Assembly: GCA_037447605.1 (NCBI GenBank)
Contig: CM074804.1
Location: forward strand, 7,727,909 to 7,791,908
Direction of reading: 5' to 3'
DNA length: 64,000 nt
Origin: Zygnema circumcarinatum SAG 698-1b
Lineage: Eukaryota; Plantae; Zygnematophyceae
Part shown: piece by piece, positions 52,356 through 64,000 of the stretch
How the letters are laid out: each line of letters begins with the position of its first letter
How positions within the stretch are numbered: the stretch's first letter is position 1
Notes under the pieces: generated by a model
Told to the model about the DNA's origin: nothing
Seen by the model: only the letters and a program-made list of their open reading frames with translations
Databases searched by the model: none
Made by a program: the position numbers and the translations under genes

Positions 52356-55300
52356 TCAGTCCTCGTCATCTTGCAACGGCTTAGCCTCATCTTCATCAGG
52401 CCCCTTCCCCTCCTTATCATCCTTTGCATCCTCATGTCCAGCATCTCCAGCTGCTTCATGGACATCTTTATCCACCCTGTCCCCTGTCACCCTGTCGCCC
52501 TCGTCATCATCTTCATCCTCATCCCCGTTCTTCCGCTTTTGCTGACCTTCGTCATCTTCATCATCTTCATCCTTAGCCGTGTCCCTCCGCCGCTTTTCTC
52601 TTTTGTCGTCGTCGTCATCGTCTTCATCTCGACGGTGCCTTTCATCATCATCTGCATCATCTCCCTGCATTGGCCTTCCATTCTCCTCCTCATCCTCCTC
52701 CTTTTGAGAAACACGAGGCTCCTTCTCAGCCATATCATCATCATCATCATCCTCAACGCGATCCTTCCGGTCACTCCTAACCGGGCTTCGGCTGTCCCGA
52801 GGACTCACGCTGCGGCTGCGGCTTCGGCTACGGTCACGGCTGCGGCTGCGGCTGTCAACAATCACAGACCACAAGCGCTGCAAATCAGTAAATCGCCCAA
52901 AAGGGGTTACGTCTTTCTGAAGGCATTTCAACGCCTTCCACCACTCCAAACTTAGCATCTTGCTCACGCAGAGACGAGTACTCTTGGGCCAAAAAGGCTG
53001 TCATGGCCCGAACAGTAAATCGCACCGCCATTGCCGCCTTACCCCGGACCACATGCAGACAGCTAGAGCTGCCTTTACCAAGCCTCGACACAAGTCAGCG
53101 ATTCGGCAATCTCCCATCTTTTCTGAAGCCACCCACTGTGACACGTGTCACAAGGAAACTCTGATGCTGCCCACATCTGAGGTCACAGTCCGAACTGCCT
53201 GAACTGAACTTACCTCCACGGTTCATCCTCAGAATCATTCTTGCTGGGGCTCTCAGACGAATGTCTGCGGCCATAATGGCGGCTCCGATAATACCGACGC
53301 CCCANNNNNNNNNNCAATAGCACCTATGTGTGTACAGATGATGCATCCAAGAAAAGCTGCTCCAAATAGTCTATTGCTGAAATCTAGAAACCACCGTAAG
53401 GACCAATCACCAAAGGAAGCTTTGTTTGCAAATGAAAGTGTGAAATGTCGTAGAAGTCGTTGAACCTTCTTGAACTGGCCTTTCGGATAGGTCCAACGTC
53501 ATGAGTCCTTCAGTGTTATGAAACAAGGATAAAATCTGAATTTTTTTTTTCTTATGATGAATATAGTTTCTTGCCAAAAATGCACTTCTCATTGTACTAC
53601 TGTCACAACTTTTGACCACAAAGCGAGGTGCCACGCACTTACCTCCTGTATCCATATCGATACCCACTTTTCCTTGGGCTTTCACGCCGGTCAACACTGG
53701 AGCTCCGATAGGAATTCCTTAAAGGAGGAATTGGACTCCTGTACAATTACCCCTTACATGTATAGGAGGAAGTGGCGGCGGAAGGAAACCCTAAAGGTAA
53801 ATTTAATGGATGTCCAGAACCCTCCGATAATGACAGAGTATAGCTTATAGTTCACATGGTAATGAGCAGAGCCATAGAGTCCTGATACCTTGATATAGCA
53901 TCACCATGTATACTACATTACAAGGGCATCATGCCATATATGTTTCTTAAGCTTCAAGGTTTTCCAGACCTGCAAAGCTCAGACTCCAATAGGAGTAAAC
54001 TCTGCAATGATTGGCCGAGGGTATGGACACCTAAAACTAAAGAACCTGATCGACTCATACGTATAGATGGTATGCAGACATTCACCTGTAGGAGCGGCTC
54101 CGGCTGCGACTCGGACTCCGACTGTAACTCTTTCCCCGAGGAGAGCGGGACCGTGAAAGAGAGCGACCTTCAACATATCTGCTCCAAGGGCAGAACAAGA
54201 ACAATGGATTAAAATGGATTAGCAATTCTAGGAAAAATCATTCACAGCTAGCATCTTGGGGGGTCTTGCTAGGACTTTCTCCAACAACAATGACGACGCA
54301 AAAATTCAAGCCAGCCTGCCAATTCCGAATTTCATCCATTTTTGCTATCTACAATGCGTTCTAGTTACCTCCCTCCCTCCATAACTTTCTCAGTCCTCCC
54401 TCCTCTCCGTCAACCTCAAGACACGTGTCTTTTCTGGAGCAAAAGCCACAAAAGCCGGCTGCTGAAGCCCTAAACAACTTACCCCGCTCGTGGGCTATTT
54501 CTGCAGTTGCGCTCGATGTGCCCGTTTCGCCCGCAACGATAACACTTGTCTCTCCAGTCTCCGGCTCTGCAGTCTCGCGCCCAGTGCCCATCTTTTCCAC
54601 AGTTGTAGCAGCGCCCAGTTCCAGGGGGAGGACCCCTTCCAAGGTACTCTCGTACACCTCCTGGTCCTCGAGGGCCCTGTAAAATGAAGATACAACAACA
54701 ACAATCAACGCGTTATCAAGATGAAATTCCAAAAACATGCTCCAATTCTAGTTCAAAATGCTATGACAGCTACACTTCATAATCTGAGCAGTAATCAATA
54801 ATACAAGAGCACGACTTACAGGTCTCCATGGAGAAAAGACGCATGCAATCTATGAAGGTAAAAAACACTTTTGAACCAAAAACTGAAGGATCCTCTTTGC
54901 CAGGGTCGTTGGGAAATAAAAACTACGCCAGTTTACAGTATTACAATTACGACTGAAAAAAAATGGGGTAAAATTAGGGCAGCTTAAGAAGAATGCACAC
55001 CCTCCGAGTGAACTCCACGACCAAGCGACTCCCGTCCACTTCCTTGCCGTTGAGATAGTGCCTTGCGTCATCCGCATCCCGAGAATCGTGGTACTCCTGT
55101 GATTCAGGAAAAGAAAAAAATTTGCAATATAAATTTAACCAGCGCACTCCATCCATACACCTTTTAAGAGAAAAGGGTCTTAGATCCACACTAAATAAGG
55201 TACTTGGTTCTTACTCAACTTTTATTGCACTACTGTTCTCGCGAAGCCCTCTGTTTGCAACAGCAGTTACAGATGCAAAGTGGAAGTTGGCCAGATGCAA

Positions 55301-56357
55301 AGTATCATGCCAATGTATAATACTACTGCAAGGTGTCAAGTCGTAGAAATGCATGCTTTAACAAAGGAGAAAGTTGAGAGCCCGTACTACAAAGGCAAAG
55401 TCGTGTTTGAGGTCGACGTCCCGAACTCTGCAACGGTGGCCACTTCTGGCAGTCAGTCAGAATCGCGGCTTCCTTCAACAAGCAGCAGCTGAACGAGCGA
55501 AACACCGCTGGGGAACGCTCAGATCCTTGAAACTCCACAGCAACCTCCAAAGAATAGCGTTACGCTCTGACGAGTTTGGCAGCACAACGCTGTCGAAAAC
55601 CTCCATAGGAGCCCAAGCTCCTCCACCAATCACGCTGCAGCAAGCCGCTAAACGCCACCAAGCTCCAAGGCCACCAGCACGACCACCGAGCTTTCACCGA
55701 CCTTCATCAACAGCGTGGCATGCCATGGCGGCCAATTCTCAGCCCTCCTTCCATCAACATTCCTACCGACACCTAAGTCTGCATCTGCATCGCCTGTGCA
55801 GGAAGTGCAGGATCGCGAAATCACAACTGCCACGGTAACGCAGGCACAGTCATCCTCGCTGAACGGATAGATAACATCATTTGCTAGCTCCAGCTGCCAG
55901 AAGACTCGCAGTTTTGGCAATCGGATCAAACCCTAACTGCATCCAATCACGCATTCCAGCTCGCACAGCAATCGACCGCTGCGGGTCAAGTGAAGGAGTT
56001 GTCCACAAACCTTGTCATACCTGATAGTCCTAAAAATAAGAAACAAAAGACACACCTGCCATACTTCAGGAAGAGGTCCTCCAGGTCCCGAGTTCGAGTT
56101 CGACTTGAAAGGCGTCCAACATACAGACGTGTGGGACCGGTGTTGCGACCGCTATCCCGACCACCATCCCGACCGCCATCTCGACCACCATCCCGGCCGC
56201 CATCCCGGCCACCATCTCGACCGCCATCCCGGCCACCATCTCGACCGCCATCCCGGCCACCATCTCGACCGCCATCCCGGCCACCATCTCGACCGCCATC
56301 CCGGCCACCATCTCGACCGCCATCCCGACCACCATCTCTATCGTACCGCGACGACAT
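52356..56357 (-). CDS. RS2Z: RS2Z-type SR splicing factor (RRM + two CCHC Zn knuckles + RS domain + acidic tail)
   Basis: Exons 56357-56056 (..[25 protein letters not shown]), 55427-55388 ([13 protein letters not shown]), ~55100-55010 ([29 protein letters not shown]), ~54676-54484 ([46 protein letters not shown]), ~54165-54087 (RS), probably ~53304-53214, and ~52853-52356 (SRSRSR..DE-rich tail). Confidence 0.92.
56148..56339 (-). repeat. Coding 12/24-bp tandem repeat encoding (RDGG)15-RDSG
   Basis: 180 nt of cgggatggcggt/cgagatggtggc units directly after MSSRYD. Confidence 0.9.
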
Positions 56358-57311
56358 AGCCACACAATCCTGCAAGCTGCAAGACAGAAACAGCGTCATC
56401 ATCTGAATCTGCCAAAGATCGACCAGAATCTTTTAACCCATTCAAAAAACCCTAGGAGTAGCCAGATTCCGCACTTTATATGATTTCTAAGGCAAGCACG
56501 TTCCCACCTTCCATCGCCATCCTCCCAATTCAATACGAGCCAAAAAAGCACAATAACAAATTCTCTAACCCACTGCTTGATTTCAGGACGAGCAGCCTCA
56601 CCAGCAGAAGGTCGTTTTGACTGCTCGGACGAGACCACCTGTTCTCTCCTGCACCTCCCCTCCCCCTTCTCCCTCACTCGAAAGCCTCTCTTTTCCGCTC
56701 CAACAGTGAATGAAGCTTCAGGAAACAGTCGCAGGTCGGCGTCGCCGAATGGCAAGCGACGGCTCCCATTGGCTGGCGACCCCTCGGCGCGCTCGTGATT
56801 TGTCGCACAAATGGTCGCTCAGATCGGTCTGGGGATGTGTGCGTCCTGTGCGGGTTCAAGGGAACATCTGTTTTGAGGCAAATGTTGTAAAGCCTTAGCC
56901 TTCTTTGTGCTTTGCGTGTTTATTTTTCATGCATGGTCCATAATCAACATGGCTCAGAAATTGTTTGTTGGGTTCGTTCACTAACAATTGACAGCATGCG
57001 AACAATGTTGCTCACAAATTTTTGATAGCCCAAAGCATGGCATTGCAAAGGCTTTGAGATCTTCTTCCAGTAATTGGAAGAAGAGGAAAGAATCATCCAA
57101 GCCATTTCAAGCAGGGCATATTCGTTACCCTCTGTACAAAGTTTATCTAGAGGCAAGCTAAGCACTTTCCCGGCCCTTCCTTGCAATCGAATGCCAATCC
57201 AATGCAGCCCACATTCACAAGTCCTCCGTATCAAAGCTTGGCGACTACCATACATATCTAAATTAGTGAAGATATCTGGAAAACCCTCAATTTCTCTTCA
57301 AACAACCCTTG

Positions 57312-60300
57312 CTATCGCTTCCGAGGAGGATCACGACCTTTCCTGAAGCCAAGAGCTCCCTCCAAACGTAGATATTCGCTTGTGATTCCAGCCAGCTCCA
57401 ATATTTCAACATCTACGCCCAACACTGATTCCTTTACACCGCCCTTCCCCTCCTCGTTTCTTCTCGAAACCCGTCCTCTCCCACTCCTCTCTCCTGCATA
57501 TTTGACAGATAGGTCATCCGTCTCTGTGTCATGTGAAATCTTTGCCACTCTCTGGACAGGCTTCCAGTCCCCTCCAAGCCAACCTGCTGAGCGTGACTCT
57601 GCCCTCTGCACAGGGCGTTTCATTGTAGATTCGTTCAGCGGAGCATACTTCTCGGCTCCCTTTACCTCCTCGAAGTGGCTCGAAGATTCCGTGCTTCTTT
57701 CCTCAGTTTCAAGACGTCTTTGCATGTTGGCATGAATCAAGTTCGCCTCGACCTCCTTGCTCCTTTTCCACGTGTCAATTAGGTAGTCATTGCTAATTCT
57801 TGTCTTGTCGAAGGACTCCTGAGGCATAACCTTTGCAGATACCATCTGTCCTTCTCGCTTAGTATCTTCTGACAGTTCTCCTCCTTGCCTATGTTCTCCT
57901 TCACTGGCAGTTTCCCAAACAGAGAACGGCCGTCGTAAGTCTAGCCCAGGTTCGGATGCTTTAGGATTGTCTTCACCATCAGGTTGCCTTTCACAAACAC
58001 TCTCCATAGAAGGACGCATCGTGTCGGCCCTGTATTCTTGCCGCCATACCTCTCCTCCATCCCCAACCAATGTAATCCTTCCTTCGTTGTGTTCTCCTTC
58101 ACCTTCTGCTTCCTGAACTGAGGCTTGATTCTGTGAGGCTAAGCGGCTAGTTGCTGAATCAGACGCCAAATGTCTCCAAAGCGTTCTCCTTCCGTGATCA
58201 TTCCCATCCGAACCTACACTTACTTCATTTTCAGACTGCCCTTGCTCGAGCAAGCCGTCCATGGAATGCGGTTCCCCTTCAAGACTGCCCTGCATTCCTT
58301 CCTTCTCTTTCTCCCATCTGTCTCTCTGCATCCCTTTTCTCTTTTTCTGTCGATGAATCACCTCTGCTCCGTTCACCACCTTCACTACTCCTTTCAAACC
58401 CCACACCTTTCCCCGCTTCACATCACTCAACCATTTCAGCAAACTCTGCTGAGGCTTCAAGTCTTCACGCTCCATCTCCACTACAAGTTTTTCTGCCTCC
58501 CTAAACCTTCCTGCCAAAAGATAACCTGCAATCCTTGCTGAATAACTCGTTTCGCTCGGCCTGAACCCTGCTGCCTTCATCCGGTTGAACCACACCTCTG
58601 CCTTTTTGTAGAATCCTGCCTTGCTGTATGCCCCAATTAGAGAATGGAATGTAAACTCATTGGGCTGTACACCTGCAGCTACCATACACTCCAACCATAC
58701 GAGGGCCCTTTTGAAGTTTCTCGCCCGAGCGAAGGCAGAGACGACGCAGCTGTAGCTCACTTCATTTGCAACATTTCCTTTCGCTCGCATCTCCCTGAAT
58801 GCATACTCAAAGCAGAGAGTAAGGTTCCGCAAAAGAAACGAATGAGATGAATTTAGAGCTCAAGTATGCATCGCTATGTCTTTAAACAAAGCACAGAAAA
58901 GCAGAGTGGAAGTAAGGGATCAAGAAGCACCTGAATAAGGCCTCCATCTTGTCCAGCTCATTTGCTTTCCCATATGCGTGCAGCAGAGTATTGTAAGATA
59001 CTCTGTCAGGCCTGCAGACAAACCCAACAGATACACGAGAGTTGGTAACAAAAGCAAAATATGCTTCGTCGATCATTTGCACTCAAAGCTTTTTGTCAGA
59101 TTCTCTATTTCTTAATTTCACACATTTGAAAACACATTCACACAGTAATACACCACCGGCATTAAAAATTCATCAATAAGAATGAGTGATCAAAATGCAT
59201 CTGCACTTTTCGTTCTCCTGTGAGCAGACATTCCTTCGTCTCCCTATAATCTCCTTTCATCTACTTCTGCAGTTTCTTTCATTTCTCCTCTCCGGCAGCA
59301 AACAGGCGAGCTTTTGATTTAGACCTTCGTCTGCTTTCTGGTAAAAAATCCAATGGCAGTACAGATGGAGACTCGAGCAACGGGTGCGAACCTGATTCTT
59401 TGGCCCTTTTCTTTCATTTTCGCAAATAGCTCCTCGGCCTCCGTCAACATACGACATCGTGAATATGTCGCCAACATCACATTGTACACCCTTAACGGGT
59501 CCTCCAATTTCTCCTCCCAGCCTCCTTCCACCATTCGCTTCATCACTGCTATGGCCCCATGCATTTGCTGGCACTTCTCATACGCGTGGACCATGGCCAT
59601 CCATGTCAATTCATTCGGCACCAACCCAGCCCCCAGCATTCTCGTCCACAGTGCTTTCATCTTTGAGAGAATCCCTCTCTCTCCATATGCTCGAATTAGA
59701 ATGTTATATGTCCATGTACAAACAGGCAACTGTTTCATCTCTATCCAATCCAGCACCCGTTCTGCTGCCCCAACTTCTCCCGACTTCATGTATCCTACGA
59801 TCAAGGCATGGTATGCCTCCACAGGATACACGCCGGCCGCTTCCATATCCCGAATGACTTCTTCCGCCCTTGCCACTCTTCCGAGCTTTACCCACATGTC
59901 AACCAGAATGGTGAAACTGTAGTCATTTGGTTCTATCTGTCTCCTCTTCATCTCCACAAACACTTTCTGAGCCATATCAGGTAAGCCAGCTTTTGCATAG
60001 CTGTCCATTAGGTCTGTAAAGGTCCGATTTGATGGGGGACAGGAGGCAGGCATCTGTGAGATGACCGCCTCTGCTTTGGCAAACTCACCATTCCGAGCAT
60101 AACATGAAATCAAACAATTATAAGATGCCACAGAAGGCTTCAGCCCCCTTCGAAGCATAGCTGCATGGAATTCCTCCACCTGTCGACGGTCAGATGAAAG
60201 CGGAAAACAAAACGACGAAGTGATTAGTAAGAGGCCTTTTCGATAAGACTGATAGTAACTGCTTTATGCAATGCTGGTAACATGCGGAAGATACAAGACC

Positions 60301-62995
60301 GAAATTCAACTATCTGGTAGACACATTTTCCATCCCAGATGTACTCAGTCTTGGAGGAAGCAAGAGGGAAGAATAAGATAATGGAAATCATTGTACAATA
60401 AGGAGACTGCAAACCACAATCCAGGATCAAACTATAGAACACTTCACAGTCTGGAAGCATGAACCCACACCTTCGCGAGCCTCACCTTCTGTAAGTCTCC
60501 AGCCTTCCCATATATATCCATAAGTGATGTGAAAGTTGTCATGGACGGTGCACATCCTGCCATCTCCATCTTCTTAAGCACCCGTTCCACCTCTTTGAAC
60601 TGCTTCATTTTGCCATACCCATACACAAGAACAGAGTACAGTGACGTGTCCGCTGTGAGGCCATGCTCCGCCATTTCCTCAACCAGTGCCTCTGCATCCG
60701 CAGGACGTCCTAGCCGACCGATTGCGTAAGCGACAGCGCTATATGTCACAATATCAGGGACATAGTTGTTTGCCTTCATGGTTTCGAAGAATGAGACTAC
60801 TCGTGTATACCTGTAGAGCAGACATTCAAGTCACTCGTTAGTTGAAATGGTACTACAGGCAAAAGAACAGGGCTGGTTTGCTCTCTTGGCTGTCCCTTTC
60901 TTCATTTGCATAGTTTAGTTTAGTTTACTCAGCAGAACCTCTGGAAAAAGAACTCTTGAGCATTTGCCTGTAAAATCTGAACGGCAGAAGGGAATGCTTA
61001 TTATGCCCACAGTAACCACTGTCATATATACATGACAAAGGCCATGAAAGGCATTGACGCATAAACACAAACGTCAAGAGAAAGCCCCGTAGGAACAAAG
61101 AGAGATGAAAATAGGAGAATTCTAAGACCTGCATTCATCCAAGACTGGTAAGACCAAGTGAGTCCAATACTGGACAACGTTGGAAACTACATCAAGAAGA
61201 ACAAGAAACATTCTGAAAGTCCGTAATTTTCGACCTGACATCTACGTTGTCCATACTTCCTCCCAAAATTGTTCATGTAGACTTTCTTAACAAGTAAACC
61301 GTCTGAAAACCCCCATGAAGCTTCCTACCTGCCAGCCTTCACCGAGTGATTTATGGCTGAGGAGAAGGAGAAGGCATCAGGATGACATCCGACTCTCCCA
61401 CTTGTCAGATCCTCCATGATTGCCGTGGCTTTGTCGAACATCTCAACCTTTCCATACGCGTTCATGAGAGCGTTGTATGTGAATACATCCCGCGGTAAAT
61501 CGAGCTCCCCCATGAAGTCAAAAATCTGTTGTGCCAATCTCGCATCCTTCGATCGGCCCGCCAACGCTATCAGCTTCGTCAGCGTATGGCTGCCAATCGT
61601 CCTTCTCAAACGCTTTTTGGCCCATTTGACAATCTGCGGAAATACAAGTGAAGGGTCAAGGTCTCCTCCCGAATGAGAAAAAAACTTGTGAGGCCGAATT
61701 GGCGAAGGAAACAACAGCACAAACCTTTCACGCTTCAAGCTTCCAATCAGATCAAACAATATCAATGACCGCTCAAGCCATGTACAGAAGCAAACTAAAG
61801 GAGAGTGATAATTGTTGCGTGCGAGGTAATTCTGAAGAAACAAGCGGAAAAGTAGATAACACAGGCGACTACTAAAGAGCTTAGAAACTTTGGAGTCTTG
61901 GTCCATCAGCAAAATTTAAAAGGCAGACTACCCAGGGCACATTCCTCGAGTGCAAAAAGGGCATGAATTTGAGCAATTCCCAAACATTTACGAATTGCTT
62001 TGCAAGACAAGCCGATTCAATCCAGCAATATCTAGTGACGAATCCACAGTAAACCTCCAGCGAACGTTCCAGTCTTGGTTGTCATGTCAATTCTTCACCT
62101 CAAAAATCTTACTCGGTTGCTCGTTTTTTACGCAAGCCTCCAGCAAAATGAGCAAGTTGACCGAAGCCATATCCTCCAAGTTCGAGTCCATCATGGCCAC
62201 CAACTCCTCATCACTTTTGGCAGCTAGAACCTCTAATTGCAACCTTCCAGCCAATCCTGTATTATCATCCGCAAGCCGGAACGACTCAGGTCCCTCGCGA
62301 CCTCTGTGCAAATTCCTTGCTTCTAGTTTTGGCCATTTCTTGCGTTTCTTTTCCAAGGCCAGATCCTGTGCCTCTCCTTCACTCTTCAAACTTTCCCAAG
62401 GTGCTGCGCCAGCTGCCGAACTCTTTCTGCCAGGCCTTTCCAAGAATTCATGGCGGCTCCAAGTGGAGTTTTCTTGCAGGCCTGGCCTTGTTGCTTCTGC
62501 AAGGGACTTGCCGTCAACTCCTTCCTCAGAGTCTGCCTTGCTGACTTCCAAACTCTCCGAATGACACCCTGAATTGTTGTTTGGCAAGTCGGCCCAGTTG
62601 GAGTGACTGAAAGTATCATCTAGTTCTATAATTTTTTCCGCTATTCTCCTACTTCCTGCTTCTGTACGCTCTAGACGTCGAACCAAGCTCGTATCCTCTC
62701 TGTCCGTTGCATCATCGTTGCAGGTACTCGGCAATAAACCATCGCTTTCATATTCCTTCCTCACAAACTTCCCCTGCAACCTCCGACCTTCAGCTGACGT
62801 CCGTGATCTCCTCAATTCCGCAGCTCCTGCTATGTGCACCACAGACTTTTCATTCAGACCTGTGAAGGATGAGCTCGGCACGCTGCGAACACGCTCTGCT
62901 CCTGCATGACTCTGCGGAGGAACAATGCAGGAAAAAAACTGTCTGGTCTGCTGCCTTCCCTGTACAAACGCCATAGCCGGACAGGGGCAGTCCAT
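57312..62995 (-). CDS. P-class pentatricopeptide repeat protein, about 16-17 motifs, with long N- and C-terminal extensions (~6 exons)
   Basis: Repeated 35-aa motifs, e.g. DVFTYNALMNAYGK, DIVTYSAVAYAIGR, SMTTFTSLMDIYGKAG, SVASYNCLISCYARNG, NELTWMAMVHAYEK, DRVSYNTLLHAYGKA, NEFTFHSLIGAYSKAG. Exons at ~62995-62093, 61690-61330, 60810-60480, 60180-59390, 59030-58940 and 58800-57312. No E/DYW domain is seen. Confidence 0.9.
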
Positions 62996-63720
62996 TCAGC
63001 AGGCAATGGAGTATGGGCTCATGAATTAGGATCAGGAAACTTTTTTCCCGTAAAGGAGCTTCTTCTTTCAGCTGTGTCCATGGCCCCAAAGCAGCCATGC
63101 GTACTGCATGCACAGCGGAACCAAGTGCCGGAGCAGGACTCCCCCTCCATGGCGGCCACCCGCTCCCTTCAGAACCTCCCCTTGCTGCATTTCTCCTCCG
63201 GAAAGGGACCTTCCTCTCATAAGGGAACAAGGAGTGAAAATATTTACAGACATGTTTCCTTCTGTCTTTGTGTGTGTTCGTACTAGCGTTGAGGGCACAC
63301 GGACATGCCCGGAGCACGGTTCACACGGCCGTACCATTCACTTCATACAGTACTGTACTGTACTGTACGTACTTCCAATCGTACCGTTCATACATTCTGC
63401 AGGTGTCTCCGTACTGTAACTGGTCCAATTTTAACTGTTCTATGTGGTCAAGTCATGGGTCACGACAAGCGGCATGCCCCCCGGGGGGCACGTGCCCCGG
63501 GGCACGGATTGGGCCGGGACCGTGCTCTCCAACCCTAGAGCGTCTGTCTGGCAGATATTTACTCTATTTTAAAATTTTAAAAAATGGCGCGTTTCTTTGG
63601 ATAGCCTGCTCGGATAAGCGTGGCGGAACGGGACTGTGTGATGTTATGTCGCAACGGCTCCAAACGCTACAGCTAACGCTAGGCGGGTGCAAATCCAACA
63701 GCAATCACAGTCCACATGAG

Positions 63721-63739
63721 CCAATCACAATTCGCCACG
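63721..63739 (+). promoter_or_regulatory. CCAAT-N9-CCACG composite element upstream of the PPR gene
   Basis: ccaat-cacaattcg-ccacg(t). Confidence 0.55.
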
Positions 63740-64000
63740 TAGAACAGTATGCTGACCAGGCAGGCCTTCTGGCTGATGTCATCGGAGGTCCTCTCTATTG
63801 TAACGACACAAGAGGGCCAATGGTTGCTACCATTCCATTGGATCCAATGGTTGGCTGGATCGGAACCAACGGTTTGCAAATCGCGACCATTCCAATGGTT
63901 GATCCAACCCATGGTCCGTCCAGCCCTTGGCCCGAAACGTTTTCGGCTGCCCTGTCCGCGAAGCAAACGTCCGCGATTGGGCGAGCGTTGACCGGGCAGC

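Noticed and set aside
52227-52955. 242 aa hydrophobic plus-strand ORF resembling a membrane protein
   Set aside because: It is the antisense reading of the D/E-rich RS2Z last exon (GAT/GAC repeats give Ile/Val runs).
55990-56406. Plus-strand (PPSR)n and (HHPG)n ORFs, and a CRISPR-like look of the repeat
   Set aside because: These are antisense or alternate frames of the RDGG coding repeat. The units are contiguous with no spacers, and the context is eukaryotic.
63460-63960. GC-rich palindromic bits (gccccccggggggc, ccattccattggatccaatgg) resembling a MITE end
   Set aside because: No matching second terminus or TSD lies within the window, so it cannot be supported.

Overview
This is a gene-dense eukaryotic nuclear window. 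Spliceosomal GT-AG introns, plant-type gene families and GA/GGGA/telomere-like intron filler suggest a streptophyte alga or early-diverging plant (inference; species not determinable). I can support nine protein-coding genes: WDR83/MORG1-like WD40 (-), a family-I pyrophosphatase-like protein with most catalytic residues replaced (+), a half-size ABCG transporter (-), a UTr2/4-like nucleotide-sugar transporter (-), a GH1 beta-glucosidase (+), cytosolic G6PD (-), an intronless cytidine deaminase (-), transportin-SR/MOS14 (+) and an RS2Z-type SR protein (-). A tenth is a P-class PPR protein (-). Non-coding features: tRNA-Arg(ACG), a 1.45 kb (CT)n tract, interstitial telomere-like arrays in introns, a 946 bp foldback Mutator-like element and a decayed CRE-like non-LTR retroelement. 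The best leads are: (1) a fixed-spacing CCAAT-N9-CCACG composite element, perfect at 7 sites in intergenic/promoter regions, sometimes in inverted dyads, with one dyad at the centre of the foldback transposon; (2) the probable pseudo-pyrophosphatase, whose coding sequence carries ten G-boxes spread over all three frames. Exon boundaries were read by eye and those marked ~ are approximate.
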